Shown one piece after another: positions 7,680 through 17,117 of a stretch of 64,000 nucleotides of DNA. Below the pieces are notes generated by a model. The model was not told where the DNA came from, ran no database searches, and was given only the letters and a program-made list of their open reading frames with translations. The stretch is from contig OZ253462.1 of NCBI GenBank assembly GCA_965261395.1, positions 4,384,001-4,448,000 on the forward strand, written 5' to 3'. This stretch comes from Candidatus Latescibacterota bacterium. Its GTDB lineage: Bacteria > Latescibacterota > UBA2968 > UBA8231. The stretch's first letter is position 1, and each line of letters begins with the position of its first letter. A program made the position numbers and the translations under genes.

Positions 7680-10595
7680 ATGCTGGTCCGTTGCCTCTCG
7701 CTTGTCGCACTCGCCGCCCTTTGCTCCACCACCTACGCCGATCCGCAAGCGACCCGCGACGACATTGAAATCCGCCGCATCCTCAGCGTCTCCCAAGGCA
7801 CGATCTGCATCGCCAAAGACCCGCGCAACGACTCGCTTTACATCTTGCGGCAAGACGGCGCGATCGAGCGCATCGACCTAGCGGCAGCAGAGCGAGTCCC
7901 AGCGTATTTCCCCAGCGATCACGGCATCAGCAGCGGCTTCACGGGCTTTGCCATTGGGCCGGATGGCTCGTTCTACTTGGCATCCAATCGCCACGGCCCC
8001 CGTGACAGCGGCCAGTTTGCCCTCGCCCGTGGGGTTTTGCTCGACGCCGACACCGGCGAGCGGCAATGGGAACAACTCGACCCGAACAACCTGCCCGCCG
8101 ATGTTCCCATCGACGACATCCTCGCTGCCTCCATCTTTGGCCGCGATCCCACGACCGATACCCGCTATGCGCTCAAGACCAACGGCGACATTCTCCTCGT
8201 GCCGTCGGGCACGGCGTACACAGCCGCCGATCACGGCTTTAACCGCCCGAACGCCCTCTTTATCGACGCCGAAGGTACCTTTTACGTCCTCAAACGCATC
8301 GACCTGTCCCTCTACAACATCGCCACCATCACCAAGGGCGAGGTCGATCCGAGCAGTGGCGAGCGCAGCTGGTTCACTCTCGCGGAGACCGCACCCTATG
8401 AGCGGTGCGACTGCATTTACAACCACGAAGTCAACGGACTAGTCGTCAGCCCCGACAACCGCACCCTCTTTATTAACAGCGGTTCGCGCACCGATCACGG
8501 CGAAATCCAAGACGGCGATGGACACTTCCCCGGTCTGCGCGAAACCGCGCTCACAGCCATAATTTTGCGCATCCCGACCAATGCTCGCGACCTCGTGCTG
8601 CCCAACAGCCGCTATGCCCTGCTCGACCAAGGATTCCTCTTTGCCGAGGGCCTGCGCAACGCCTACGACCTCGCCTTCGCGCCCAACGGCGATCTCTTCG
8701 CTGCGGAAAACGGACCGGGCCGCGACATGCCCGATGAACTCAACTGGCTGCGCCAAGGGCATCACTACGGCTTTCCCTGGCGCATGGGCCTCGACGACAC
8801 GCCGCAGCAATTTCCCGACTACGACCCAGCCACCGACTTCCTGCTCTCCCCCCGCTCCACGGCCGTGCGCGAAGGCTACTATCACAACGACCCCACGTAT
8901 CCGCCGCCACCGCGCCGCTTCACCGACCCGGTGATTAATCTCGGGCCAGATGCCGACGCCTACCGCGACCCAGCCGACGGCCAAATCAAGGATGCCAGCG
9001 AGGAGGGTGTGCGCTTCGGTACCTTCTCCGCGCACCGCTCGCCGCTCGGATTGGTGTTTGACGTGGCCCATGCCCTCGCCGAGCCGTTCCAAGGCGATGG
9101 CTTCACGCTCAGTTGGACTCGGGGCGACCCCGATGGCGACAGCATCAACGGCCCGTTCAACGACCCCAGCCAAGACCTGCTGCATCTCGACTTGGCAAAA
9201 GTCGGCGACAACTACGAGGCGTACGTCACCCGCATCGTCGGCGGGTTTTCCAACCCCATCGACGCGGAAATCATCGGCAATCGCCTCTATGTGATCGAAT
9301 GGAGCGGCGAGCGCGGGCTGTGGGAAATCGTCCTGCCACCGGCGGAGTTCCCACCCGCGAGCTTGGCCGACGCGCAGGTTTTCAGCGACCTAGGCGCGCA
9401 AACGCCCGCGGCTGGCGTGGTGCCGTACGAAGTCAATGCGCCGTTTTGGTCGGACGGAGCCACAAAAACGCGGTTCATTCGCCTGCCGCCCGGCGAGCGC
9501 ATTGCTTTTACCAGTAGTGGGCCTTGGAGCTTTCCCGACCAGGCCCTCCTGATCAAGAACTTTTACCTCGACTTGGTACGCGGCGATCCAGCCAGCCGGC
9601 GCATCATCGAAACGCGCTTCCTCATCAAGCGCGTGGATGCCCCGGGCTGGGACGGTTATAGTTATCTGTGGAACGAAGCTGGCACCGATGCCTCATTACT
9701 CGCCGACAGCACAACGGTTACATACGTGATTGACGACCCGCAAGATCCGGTGGGCTTTCTCTTGCAGGATTACTACTTCCCCTCGCGCCAAGACTGTGAG
9801 GTCTGCCACACCAGGGGCGCGGGCTATGTCCTCGGCGTACACACAGCTCAGCTCCACGCGGGCACGGAGCAAAACCAGTTGCATATCCTCGCTCAACAGG
9901 GCCTTTTCGCCGAGGAGTTACCAGCCGACCTGTCTTCCTTGCCCCGCCTACCCAACCCCTTCGACCCCAGCGTCTCGCTCGACCTGCGCGCCCGCTCGTA
10001 CTTGCATGTCAACTGCGCGCCGTGCCACCGGCCCGAGAGCGTCGGCCGCACCATCATCGACCTGCGCTACGACACGCCTTTGGCCGAAACCAATACTGTC
10101 GGGGCCTTCCCTACCCTCGGCGATTTGGGCGAGCTAGAGGCCCTCATCATCACCCCCGGGGCACCGCAGCATTCGACGCTCTACCTGCGGATGCTGACGC
10201 TGGGCACCTTTCGCATGCCCCCGCTTGCTTCCTCAATCATCGACGAGCGCGGGGCCGACCTCATCGCGGAATGGGTCGCCAGCCTAGACCTCGCCGTTGC
10301 CAAAGAGACCACACCGGCCACCTTTGCCCTCATCCAGAACTACCCCAATCCCTTCAACGCGACCACGACCATCGAATTCCAGCTAGCGATCCCGACCGCC
10401 GTCGAATTGGATATCTACGACGCGATCGGCCAAAAGGTTCGCACCTTGGTCGCCCGCTATCTCACCGCCGGACACTACCGCACCCAGTGGACCGGGCGCG
10501 ATGACGCAGGACACACGGTCGCCAGCGGCACCTATTTCTACAAATTGCGCGCCGGGGCCCACCTAGAGATCAAGCAACTGACCCTACTCAAATAA
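7680..10595 (+). CDS. Paralog of the preceding gene with an inserted diheme c-type cytochrome module and FlgD-Ig tail
   Basis: First ~550 aa highly similar to the 5673 gene; then YEVNAPFWSDGATKTRF, CEVCH and CAPCH heme motifs, RMPP; C-terminal NYPNPFN...LLK. Confidence 0.82.
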   Translation: MLVRCLSLVALAALCSTTYADPQATRDDIEIRRILSVSQGTICIAKDPRNDSLYILRQDGAIERIDLAAAERVPAYFPSDHGISSGFTGFAIGPDGSFYLASNRHGPRDSGQFALARGVLLDADTGERQWEQLDPNNLPADVPIDDILAASIFGRDPTTDTRYALKTNGDILLVPSGTAYTAADHGFNRPNALFIDAEGTFYVLKRIDLSLYNIATITKGEVDPSSGERSWFTLAETAPYERCDCIYNHEVNGLVVSPDNRTLFINSGSRTDHGEIQDGDGHFPGLRETALTAIILRIPTNARDLVLPNSRYALLDQGFLFAEGLRNAYDLAFAPNGDLFAAENGPGRDMPDELNWLRQGHHYGFPWRMGLDDTPQQFPDYDPATDFLLSPRSTAVREGYYHNDPTYPPPPRRFTDPVINLGPDADAYRDPADGQIKDASEEGVRFGTFSAHRSPLGLVFDVAHALAEPFQGDGFTLSWTRGDPDGDSINGPFNDPSQDLLHLDLAKVGDNYEAYVTRIVGGFSNPIDAEIIGNRLYVIEWSGERGLWEIVLPPAEFPPASLADAQVFSDLGAQTPAAGVVPYEVNAPFWSDGATKTRFIRLPPGERIAFTSSGPWSFPDQALLIKNFYLDLVRGDPASRRIIETRFLIKRVDAPGWDGYSYLWNEAGTDASLLADSTTVTYVIDDPQDPVGFLLQDYYFPSRQDCEVCHTRGAGYVLGVHTAQLHAGTEQNQLHILAQQGLFAEELPADLSSLPRLPNPFDPSVSLDLRARSYLHVNCAPCHRPESVGRTIIDLRYDTPLAETNTVGAFPTLGDLGELEALIITPGAPQHSTLYLRMLTLGTFRMPPLASSIIDERGADLIAEWVASLDLAVAKETTPATFALIQNYPNPFNATTTIEFQLAIPTAVELDIYDAIGQKVRTLVARYLTAGHYRTQWTGRDDAGHTVASGTYFYKLRAGAHLEIKQLTLLK

Positions 10596-10677
10596 AAAGA
10601 CGCTGGGGAATTTGCTACCTAACGTTGTCTAACCCCCCTATCTTCTGACAATCAGTCAACGCCCAATTCATCAGGCT

Positions 10678-12852
10678 ATGAACCCCTGCGCCATCGTCCT
10701 CTTGGTCCTCGCTTTAGCAAGTTGCGCTGCCGATCCCTACCAGACGCCCGGCACCCAGCGCATGGCCGAGCAACTCGCTGCCCTCGCCGCCCACGCTAAC
10801 GCCGAGGACAATATCTATTTGAGCCAGCACCGCGTTGAGTGGCTGCGCCGCCAACCTGCGCCAGACGATCCTGTGCAACAGCTCAGCCGACAGGTCGAGA
10901 TCGCCAAAGAACTGTTGCGCGCTGGCGCATCCGCTGAGGCGGCCGCCCTCTTCGAGCAAGTGCGCGGACAAGCTGCGGCCCACCGCTTCCGCACTCGCCC
11001 GAGCCTCGAAGAAATGATCGCCCTCGCCTATTTGCGGCTCGGCGAGCAGCAAAACTGCATCGACGGTCACAACCTCGCTTCCTGCCTACTGCCGATCTCG
11101 GCTGAAGGAATTCATAAGACGCAAGACGGATCGCGTGCGGCCATCGCCTATTACCAAGCAATCTTAAAAAAGACGCCCTACGACCTGACCTCGCGCTGGC
11201 TGCTCAACATCGCCTATATGACCGTGGGAGAGTATCCGCACCAAGTGCCCGACGCCCATCTCATTCCCCCGGAGGCCTTCGCCGCTGAAGCCGCTATTGG
11301 CCACTTCCCCGACCAGGCCCCTGCTCTGGGGCTGGATGTCCTCGGCTTGGCCGGGGGCGGCATTATGGAAGACTTTGACAACGACGGCTTCCTCGACATC
11401 ATCGCCACTTCGTGGGGCCTCGACGATCCACTGCGCTACTTTCGCAACCAAGGCGACGGAACCTTTGCCGAGCGCACCGCCGCCGCAGGCTTGACCGGCC
11501 TAGTCGGCGGCCTCAACGCCGTGCAGACGGACTTTGACAACGACGGCTTCGCCGATGTGCTGGTCCTGCGCGGCGGCTGGTTTGGCGCCGACGGCCTCCA
11601 TCCCAACTCGCTGTTGCGCAATCAAGGCGACGGTACCTTCGCCGACGTAACCGAGGCGGCTGGACTGCTCACTTTGCACCCAACGCAGACGGCTGCCTGG
11701 GCCGACTTCGACAACGACGGCTGGCTCGACCTGTTCGTGGGCAACGAGTCCTCCACCCAAGAGCAGCATCCCTGCGAGTTGTTCCGCAACCAAGGCGACG
11801 GCACCTTCGCCGACGTAGCATCGGCAGTCGGCCTAGACGTAGTGGGCTTCGTCAAAGGAGTAGCTTGGGGCGACATCGACAACGACCGTCTGCCCGACCT
11901 CTACATCTCCCGCCTCGGGCAGCCCAACCTGCTCTTCCACAACGACGGTCCAGACGCCAATGACCGCTGGCGTTTCTCCGACATAACCGCCCGTGCTGGC
12001 GCGAGCCAACCGACGTTCAGCTTCCCGGTGTGGTTTTGGGACTACGACAACGACGGCTGGCTCGACCTGTTCGTCTCTGGCTACAAGGCCGACGCCGGCG
12101 ATGTCGCCGCCGATTATCTAGGGTTGCCGCACAAGGGCGAGCCGCCCCGCCTCTACCGCAACCAAGGCGACGGCACCTTCGCCGACATGGCGCAACAGAC
12201 CCGCAGTGACAAAGTCCTCTATACGATGGGCTGCAACTTCGGCGACCTCGACAACGACGGCTGGCTCGATTTCTACGCTGGCACCGGCGACCCCGACTAC
12301 CGTTCGCTGATGCCCAACCGCATGTTCCGCAACGCCGCAGGGCAGCGCTTCGAGGATGTAACCACTTCCGGCGGCTTCGGGCACCTGCAAAAAGGGCATG
12401 GCATCGCCTTCGGCGATATCGACAACGACGGCGATCAGGACATCTACGCGGTGGTCGGCGGGGCCTATTCGGGGGACGTGTACACCAATGTGCTCTTTGA
12501 AAACCCCGGGCACGGCAACCATTGGATCACCCTCAAACTGGAGGGGACTAAATCCAATCGGGCCGGGATCGGCGCGCGGATCCAAGCCCGTGCTGGGACT
12601 CAGACGATCCACATCCTCGCCGGCACGGGCGCGAGTTTTGGGGCTTCGACTTTACAACAGGAGATCGGGCTGGGGGAAGCTGAAGTACTCGACACGCTGA
12701 CCTTGCACTGGCCGTCGGGCGCGGTGCAAACCTTTACAGACGTGCCAGCCGATGGGATGTACCGGGTCCGCGAAGATGCCACGGCCCTAGAGCGCCTGGA
12801 CGTCTATCCCCTCACGTTAGCCAGCGAGGGCCAGCAAGCACATCGCCACTAG
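10678..12852 (+). CDS. CRTAC1-family (FG-GAP/VCBS repeats + ASPIC/UnbV) lipoprotein with N-terminal TPR-like region
   Basis: LALASC lipobox; repeated DFDNDG(F/W)LD and RNQGDGTFAD; SNRAGIGARI...IGLG...WPSG UnbV tail. Confidence 0.88.
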   Translation: MNPCAIVLLVLALASCAADPYQTPGTQRMAEQLAALAAHANAEDNIYLSQHRVEWLRRQPAPDDPVQQLSRQVEIAKELLRAGASAEAAALFEQVRGQAAAHRFRTRPSLEEMIALAYLRLGEQQNCIDGHNLASCLLPISAEGIHKTQDGSRAAIAYYQAILKKTPYDLTSRWLLNIAYMTVGEYPHQVPDAHLIPPEAFAAEAAIGHFPDQAPALGLDVLGLAGGGIMEDFDNDGFLDIIATSWGLDDPLRYFRNQGDGTFAERTAAAGLTGLVGGLNAVQTDFDNDGFADVLVLRGGWFGADGLHPNSLLRNQGDGTFADVTEAAGLLTLHPTQTAAWADFDNDGWLDLFVGNESSTQEQHPCELFRNQGDGTFADVASAVGLDVVGFVKGVAWGDIDNDRLPDLYISRLGQPNLLFHNDGPDANDRWRFSDITARAGASQPTFSFPVWFWDYDNDGWLDLFVSGYKADAGDVAADYLGLPHKGEPPRLYRNQGDGTFADMAQQTRSDKVLYTMGCNFGDLDNDGWLDFYAGTGDPDYRSLMPNRMFRNAAGQRFEDVTTSGGFGHLQKGHGIAFGDIDNDGDQDIYAVVGGAYSGDVYTNVLFENPGHGNHWITLKLEGTKSNRAGIGARIQARAGTQTIHILAGTGASFGASTLQQEIGLGEAEVLDTLTLHWPSGAVQTFTDVPADGMYRVREDATALERLDVYPLTLASEGQQAHRH

Positions 12853-12865
12853 CGTGGGGGCGGCT

Positions 12866-14752
12866 CTACATCCGGGCCAACAGCCGCGCTGCCGTGGCGT
12901 GGTTCGGCTCCACTGCCAAGAGCTGCTGCAACGCCTGTCGTGCCTCGGCGATGTGGCCCAACCGCTGGTAGGAAAGCGCCATGCTCAAATAGGCTTTGAC
13001 GTGGCGTGGCTCTAAAGAGAGCGCCGAGGCAAACGCGGCGACCGCCCGCTCGTTCTCTCCGGCCTTCTGCAAGGCCAACCCCAAGTTGAAATGATGCGAG
13101 GCGTCGGCCCGGTTGAGCGCGATGGCCTTTTCGTAGGCGGAGAGCGCCTGCGGCAAGTTTCCCATCTGCAAATAGGCCGTGCCGAGGTTGTTGTACGCCG
13201 GGGCGTAGTCGAACTCGTCAAGGGCCTCGCGGAAGCGCTCTTCGGCCCTAGCGAACTCGCCCCGCTGCAAAAAGACCAAGCCCTGCGCGTTGAGCGCTTC
13301 GACGTAGCGCGGTTTGCGGTCTATCGCCTGCTGGTAGTGGGTATGCGCCTTGTCGAGCACGCCCTGCCGAGCGTAGAGTAGGCCGAGGTTCTTGTGCGCC
13401 TCATAAGCCCCCGCGTCCAGCTCTATCGCCCGCCGATACTCGCCGGCGGCCTTTTCCCAATCGCCCTCCCGCGCGTACAAGACGCCGAGGTTGTTGTGGG
13501 CACCGGCCAAGTCCGGGAACAATTCGACCATCTTCTCCCGCGCCTCGGCCTCGTCGGCCGTCCAGTAAAACTGGAAAAACGAGAACGCCATCACCGGCAC
13601 CGCGAAATAGGCCACCTGCCTGCCGGTCTCGCGGACGTACGAGGCCAAGCCGCTCGGCAAGGCCTGCAAGCCAATGCGGTTGGACCCTTCCTCGGCGTTG
13701 ATCCCCAGATTGGCTTGGTTTTTGCGGTCGCGGATTTTCCAGATAAACCCATCGAAGTAGTAGTGCAAAAGCGTCGAGGTGATGACGAATATCTCGACGC
13801 TTTTGATCGCCTGCTCGGACTTGAGAAAGCCCTCCATCATATTGATGCTGCCGTAGGCAAAGCAGACTAGCAGGTACGCGACCAGTATCGGCAACGTGCG
13901 CGTGGTGAAGAAGGTGCGCAGGAGCTTGGTAGTCCGCTCCTGTCTTTTGACGAGGTTGTTGTTGTAGATCCAGACGATGGCGAAGTACTGGATATCGTGG
14001 AAAACGGCAAAGGCCGCGTAGCCGATGACGAGGTCGTTGATATGTATCCAGCCATAGTAGATGATAAACACCGTCGTCGCCATCACCGCGACTTTAGGCA
14101 GGCTTATCTTCTGACCGGAGACCGCCCGTTGGACGATGTTGGCCAAGTACGCCGCGAGCACGGCCATCGTACAATAGAACAGCACCTTTTTGAGCAGGAA
14201 CGTCAATTCGGCCGACAGGAAGGGCACGCCGACCCGCTGATTGTGGTCGAGGATGCGGTGGAAGTACTCGGGGCTATAGATGACCACCGTTACAAAGGCG
14301 CATAAGGTCAACAGCCAGTCGAGCCGAGAGTTGAGCTTGGAGAAAATCTTGTTTTTGGCATCGTAGATCCGCATGATGCCGTAGTGCTGCATAAAGAGGT
14401 GCCAGATCTCCCACACTAGCACCATCAGGAAAAGCCCGTGCAGGGTATTGAATTGCGCCAACGCGGTCACAAACAGCACCACGATGGGAGCGACGACGAA
14501 CTTCTCCTTAAAGGTGCTGAAGAGTTCTGGGTCGCCGTATGCACGCATAAAGCCCGGCAGGTGGTGGCCGGTGGCAAACAGCGCCAGCGCGTAGAAGGCA
14601 ATGGTCTGCGAGTCGAACATAGCCCGCAGTGGCAGCATGGTCACCAAGCACAAAAGCGGCGTACCAATAAAAAAGAACAGGTCGCCAAAGGGCGAGATGA
14701 TCCACTTCTGATCGCGATACACGGCTGGGGCAACAGTCATAGCATTCCTCAA
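12866..14752 (-). CDS. Polytopic membrane protein with conserved-looking His motifs fused to C-terminal TPR repeats
   Basis: About 9-10 hydrophobic segments with TGHH, WHLFMQHYG, FHDIQYF, LHYYFDGFIW; TPRs such as AHNNLGVLY, AYNNLGTAY, HFNLGLAL. Confidence 0.8.
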   Translation of the reverse strand: MRNAMTVAPAVYRDQKWIISPFGDLFFFIGTPLLCLVTMLPLRAMFDSQTIAFYALALFATGHHLPGFMRAYGDPELFSTFKEKFVVAPIVVLFVTALAQFNTLHGLFLMVLVWEIWHLFMQHYGIMRIYDAKNKIFSKLNSRLDWLLTLCAFVTVVIYSPEYFHRILDHNQRVGVPFLSAELTFLLKKVLFYCTMAVLAAYLANIVQRAVSGQKISLPKVAVMATTVFIIYYGWIHINDLVIGYAAFAVFHDIQYFAIVWIYNNNLVKRQERTTKLLRTFFTTRTLPILVAYLLVCFAYGSINMMEGFLKSEQAIKSVEIFVITSTLLHYYFDGFIWKIRDRKNQANLGINAEEGSNRIGLQALPSGLASYVRETGRQVAYFAVPVMAFSFFQFYWTADEAEAREKMVELFPDLAGAHNNLGVLYAREGDWEKAAGEYRRAIELDAGAYEAHKNLGLLYARQGVLDKAHTHYQQAIDRKPRYVEALNAQGLVFLQRGEFARAEERFREALDEFDYAPAYNNLGTAYLQMGNLPQALSAYEKAIALNRADASHHFNLGLALQKAGENERAVAAFASALSLEPRHVKAYLSMALSYQRLGHIAEARQALQQLLAVEPNHATAARLLARM

Positions 14753-17100
14753 TAGGCTACGGCTAGGGTGCGCAATACTTCCCCCTGCCCAGCGTCGGCA
14801 CCCGCGTCAATGCGGCATACGTACAGGCCGGGCGCAACCCGCTCACCCGACGCATCCAGCCCAGCCCAGCTAAACGACTGCAAAACATCCCCACCCGACG
14901 AAACAAGAGCCGCCACCTCCCGACCCGCCAAGTCGAATATCCGCACGCTCGGAGTAGCATCGACCGCCTTGAACAGCGCAAAGCGAATCTGCACCTGATC
15001 GTTGATCCCATCGCCGTTGGGCGAAAACACCGACGGCACAATCTGTAAATCGCCGATCAACCGCTCGCTGCCGGGCAGGTCGGGCAGAAAAACCAAGTTG
15101 GCTTGCCGCTCGGCCGCCTCCACCGACTGCCATAGCCCCGGACGCGCCTCTTGCCCTAAGTCGGCGGCAAAGACCGTGGCGTTGCGCAACACTTTAGTGG
15201 TGAACTCCACGGCAATCGAATCCGTCCGCACCGTCTCCGGCAAATCCACAAACAACAGCGAATCCCCCGCCACCCGCACCGCACTCGGCGTGCGCTCCGC
15301 ACCACCGATTAGCAGCCGCACGTCCGCTGCATCGATGGTACTGGGGGTGGAAAAGCGCAGCCGGTCGAAGCCAGAGTCGCGCTCGTCCGCGTTGGTCTGC
15401 AGCGCATAGGTGAACCGCGTCGCCTCGTTGGGCACGGCATGGCGCGGCGCAATCTGACCGGCTGCCTGCGCCACCAACGCGTCCTCAAAATCGAGTGTGA
15501 GGGCATGCAACACCGGTGCGACGGCTGGATCCTCCGTGGAAATAATCAGCTCTAACTGAATAAAGCGACGCGGCGTCTCCGACTTAAACGCCTCGCCGGA
15601 AAACTGGTAGAAGTTGCTCCACGCGCCCCAATCGGCTCCGACGGCGACCATGGTGTCGATGGGACCTCGGATGACTTTGGGCAAGCTGCCGTAGCGCGTC
15701 TCGGTGACTTCCTCGCCCTTTTTGTCGTAAAAGGTGTATAGCTCTTGCAGGGTGTTGCCCGCACGCGAGCGCACCTGCAACCGCGTCTGGTCGGGCGTCG
15801 TCGCCTCCCAGCGCAAGCGGTTGATGGCCTTAGGGCGGCCGTCGCCGGCGAGCTGTCCGAGGTCGATAAAGCCCGAGAGCAAAACCACCTGCGCGGGGTA
15901 CCCCGGCGAGAACAGCATCAACTCCATGGGATGGGAAAACCAGCCCGTATCGGTCAGCGAATGCCAGAACAAGTAGCGGATCTTGCGCGGAGCAAACGCG
16001 TAGCGATGGTGGCGCAAATTCCACTCCGCGCCGCTGACCGGCCTTGGCTCGAAGATCAGCGGCGTGTAGTCGATGTCGCCAGCAATGGTGCGCCGCCCAT
16101 CGGAAAAGAGGATTTGGTAGCCGGTGCCAGCCTGCAACCCCTCGAACAGGAAGCTCGACAGACCCTCGCCGCGATGCTGCCAGTAGATGAAAGCCTCGTC
16201 GAGCCAGAACAGCGCGCCTAGATCGACGGCCCACCACACCCCGCTCTCGCGCCAGCCGCCCTTGGTCTGGACGGTGAATATATTGCCGTACGTATCGGTG
16301 ATGCCGTCGAACATGTTCTGCGGCTCGCGCGCCAAAAGCCCGTTGTCGAAGCTCCCTCCGCGCGCCAAGACCCCGAGGCTTATGTTGTCGCCCGCGGTGA
16401 TCACCTCTACTTCGGCCAAGGCGGCGGCGGCGCTCTTTTCGTCGGCGCGCACGCGCACAAAGCGCACCATGCGAAAGGTGTTCAGCGCGGCCGGCTCCAG
16501 CCCGAGGTTTTCGTCGATGACCCGCGTTATGTCGCGCTCACCGACCAGCTCGATATCGACTACTTGCTCTTGGTTGGGCTGGGTCGTCTGAAAGATCTGG
16601 TCGAACTTGAAGACGTCGTCCGCGGATTGAATGCGCGCGCCATTGGCCGTGAAAACGCTGAATTGCCGCAAGGGACGCGCGCCCGCGCGGTCGGGAAACA
16701 CCAAGCGAATGCGCTCGGCTAGCACGGGCCGCCCCAAGTCAATGGTCACCACCCAATCGACCAGATCGTCGGATTGGCTAGGCCGCCACACCGTCTCCAA
16801 GTCCCCGTCCATGATGCGCCGGGCTGCCGTCGGATTAGAGCCGGCCTGCCAGATCCCCCCCTGCACCTTGCCGCGGGTCTGAGTGGGCTGGGTGAAGAGA
16901 TGGGCATCGAGGGTAGCGTTGATCTCCTTGCGGAATTTCGTCAGTTCCAGCGAGCCGTCATCTGCAAACTGGACGATGTCCTCCGGGACTTCCCAAGTCG
17001 CCCACTCCGCCGGGGTGTCGAAGCGGACTTCCTCTGCGTGGCTCGGGCCGTGGAACAACAGGCCCATCAGCAAGCAGCAAACCCCGTGTTTTCTCAGCAT
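14749..17100 (-). CDS. Secreted discoidin-like + FlgD-Ig (SPNGDGIND) domain protein
   Basis: Signal peptide; MDGDLETVW/VTIDLG discoidin-like motif; GFDRLR; FSPNGDGIND...PGLY...VAY. Confidence 0.8.
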   Translation of the reverse strand: MLRKHGVCCLLMGLLFHGPSHAEEVRFDTPAEWATWEVPEDIVQFADDGSLELTKFRKEINATLDAHLFTQPTQTRGKVQGGIWQAGSNPTAARRIMDGDLETVWRPSQSDDLVDWVVTIDLGRPVLAERIRLVFPDRAGARPLRQFSVFTANGARIQSADDVFKFDQIFQTTQPNQEQVVDIELVGERDITRVIDENLGLEPAALNTFRMVRFVRVRADEKSAAAALAEVEVITAGDNISLGVLARGGSFDNGLLAREPQNMFDGITDTYGNIFTVQTKGGWRESGVWWAVDLGALFWLDEAFIYWQHRGEGLSSFLFEGLQAGTGYQILFSDGRRTIAGDIDYTPLIFEPRPVSGAEWNLRHHRYAFAPRKIRYLFWHSLTDTGWFSHPMELMLFSPGYPAQVVLLSGFIDLGQLAGDGRPKAINRLRWEATTPDQTRLQVRSRAGNTLQELYTFYDKKGEEVTETRYGSLPKVIRGPIDTMVAVGADWGAWSNFYQFSGEAFKSETPRRFIQLELIISTEDPAVAPVLHALTLDFEDALVAQAAGQIAPRHAVPNEATRFTYALQTNADERDSGFDRLRFSTPSTIDAADVRLLIGGAERTPSAVRVAGDSLLFVDLPETVRTDSIAVEFTTKVLRNATVFAADLGQEARPGLWQSVEAAERQANLVFLPDLPGSERLIGDLQIVPSVFSPNGDGINDQVQIRFALFKAVDATPSVRIFDLAGREVAALVSSGGDVLQSFSWAGLDASGERVAPGLYVCRIDAGADAGQGEVLRTLAVAY

Positions 17101-17117
17101 CCTACCACTCCAACCAA

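Noticed and set aside
11350-12450. Recurring GACAACGACGG and CGCAACCAAGGCGACGG DNA repeats
   Set aside because: Fully explained by FG-GAP protein repeats, not an independent repeat array.
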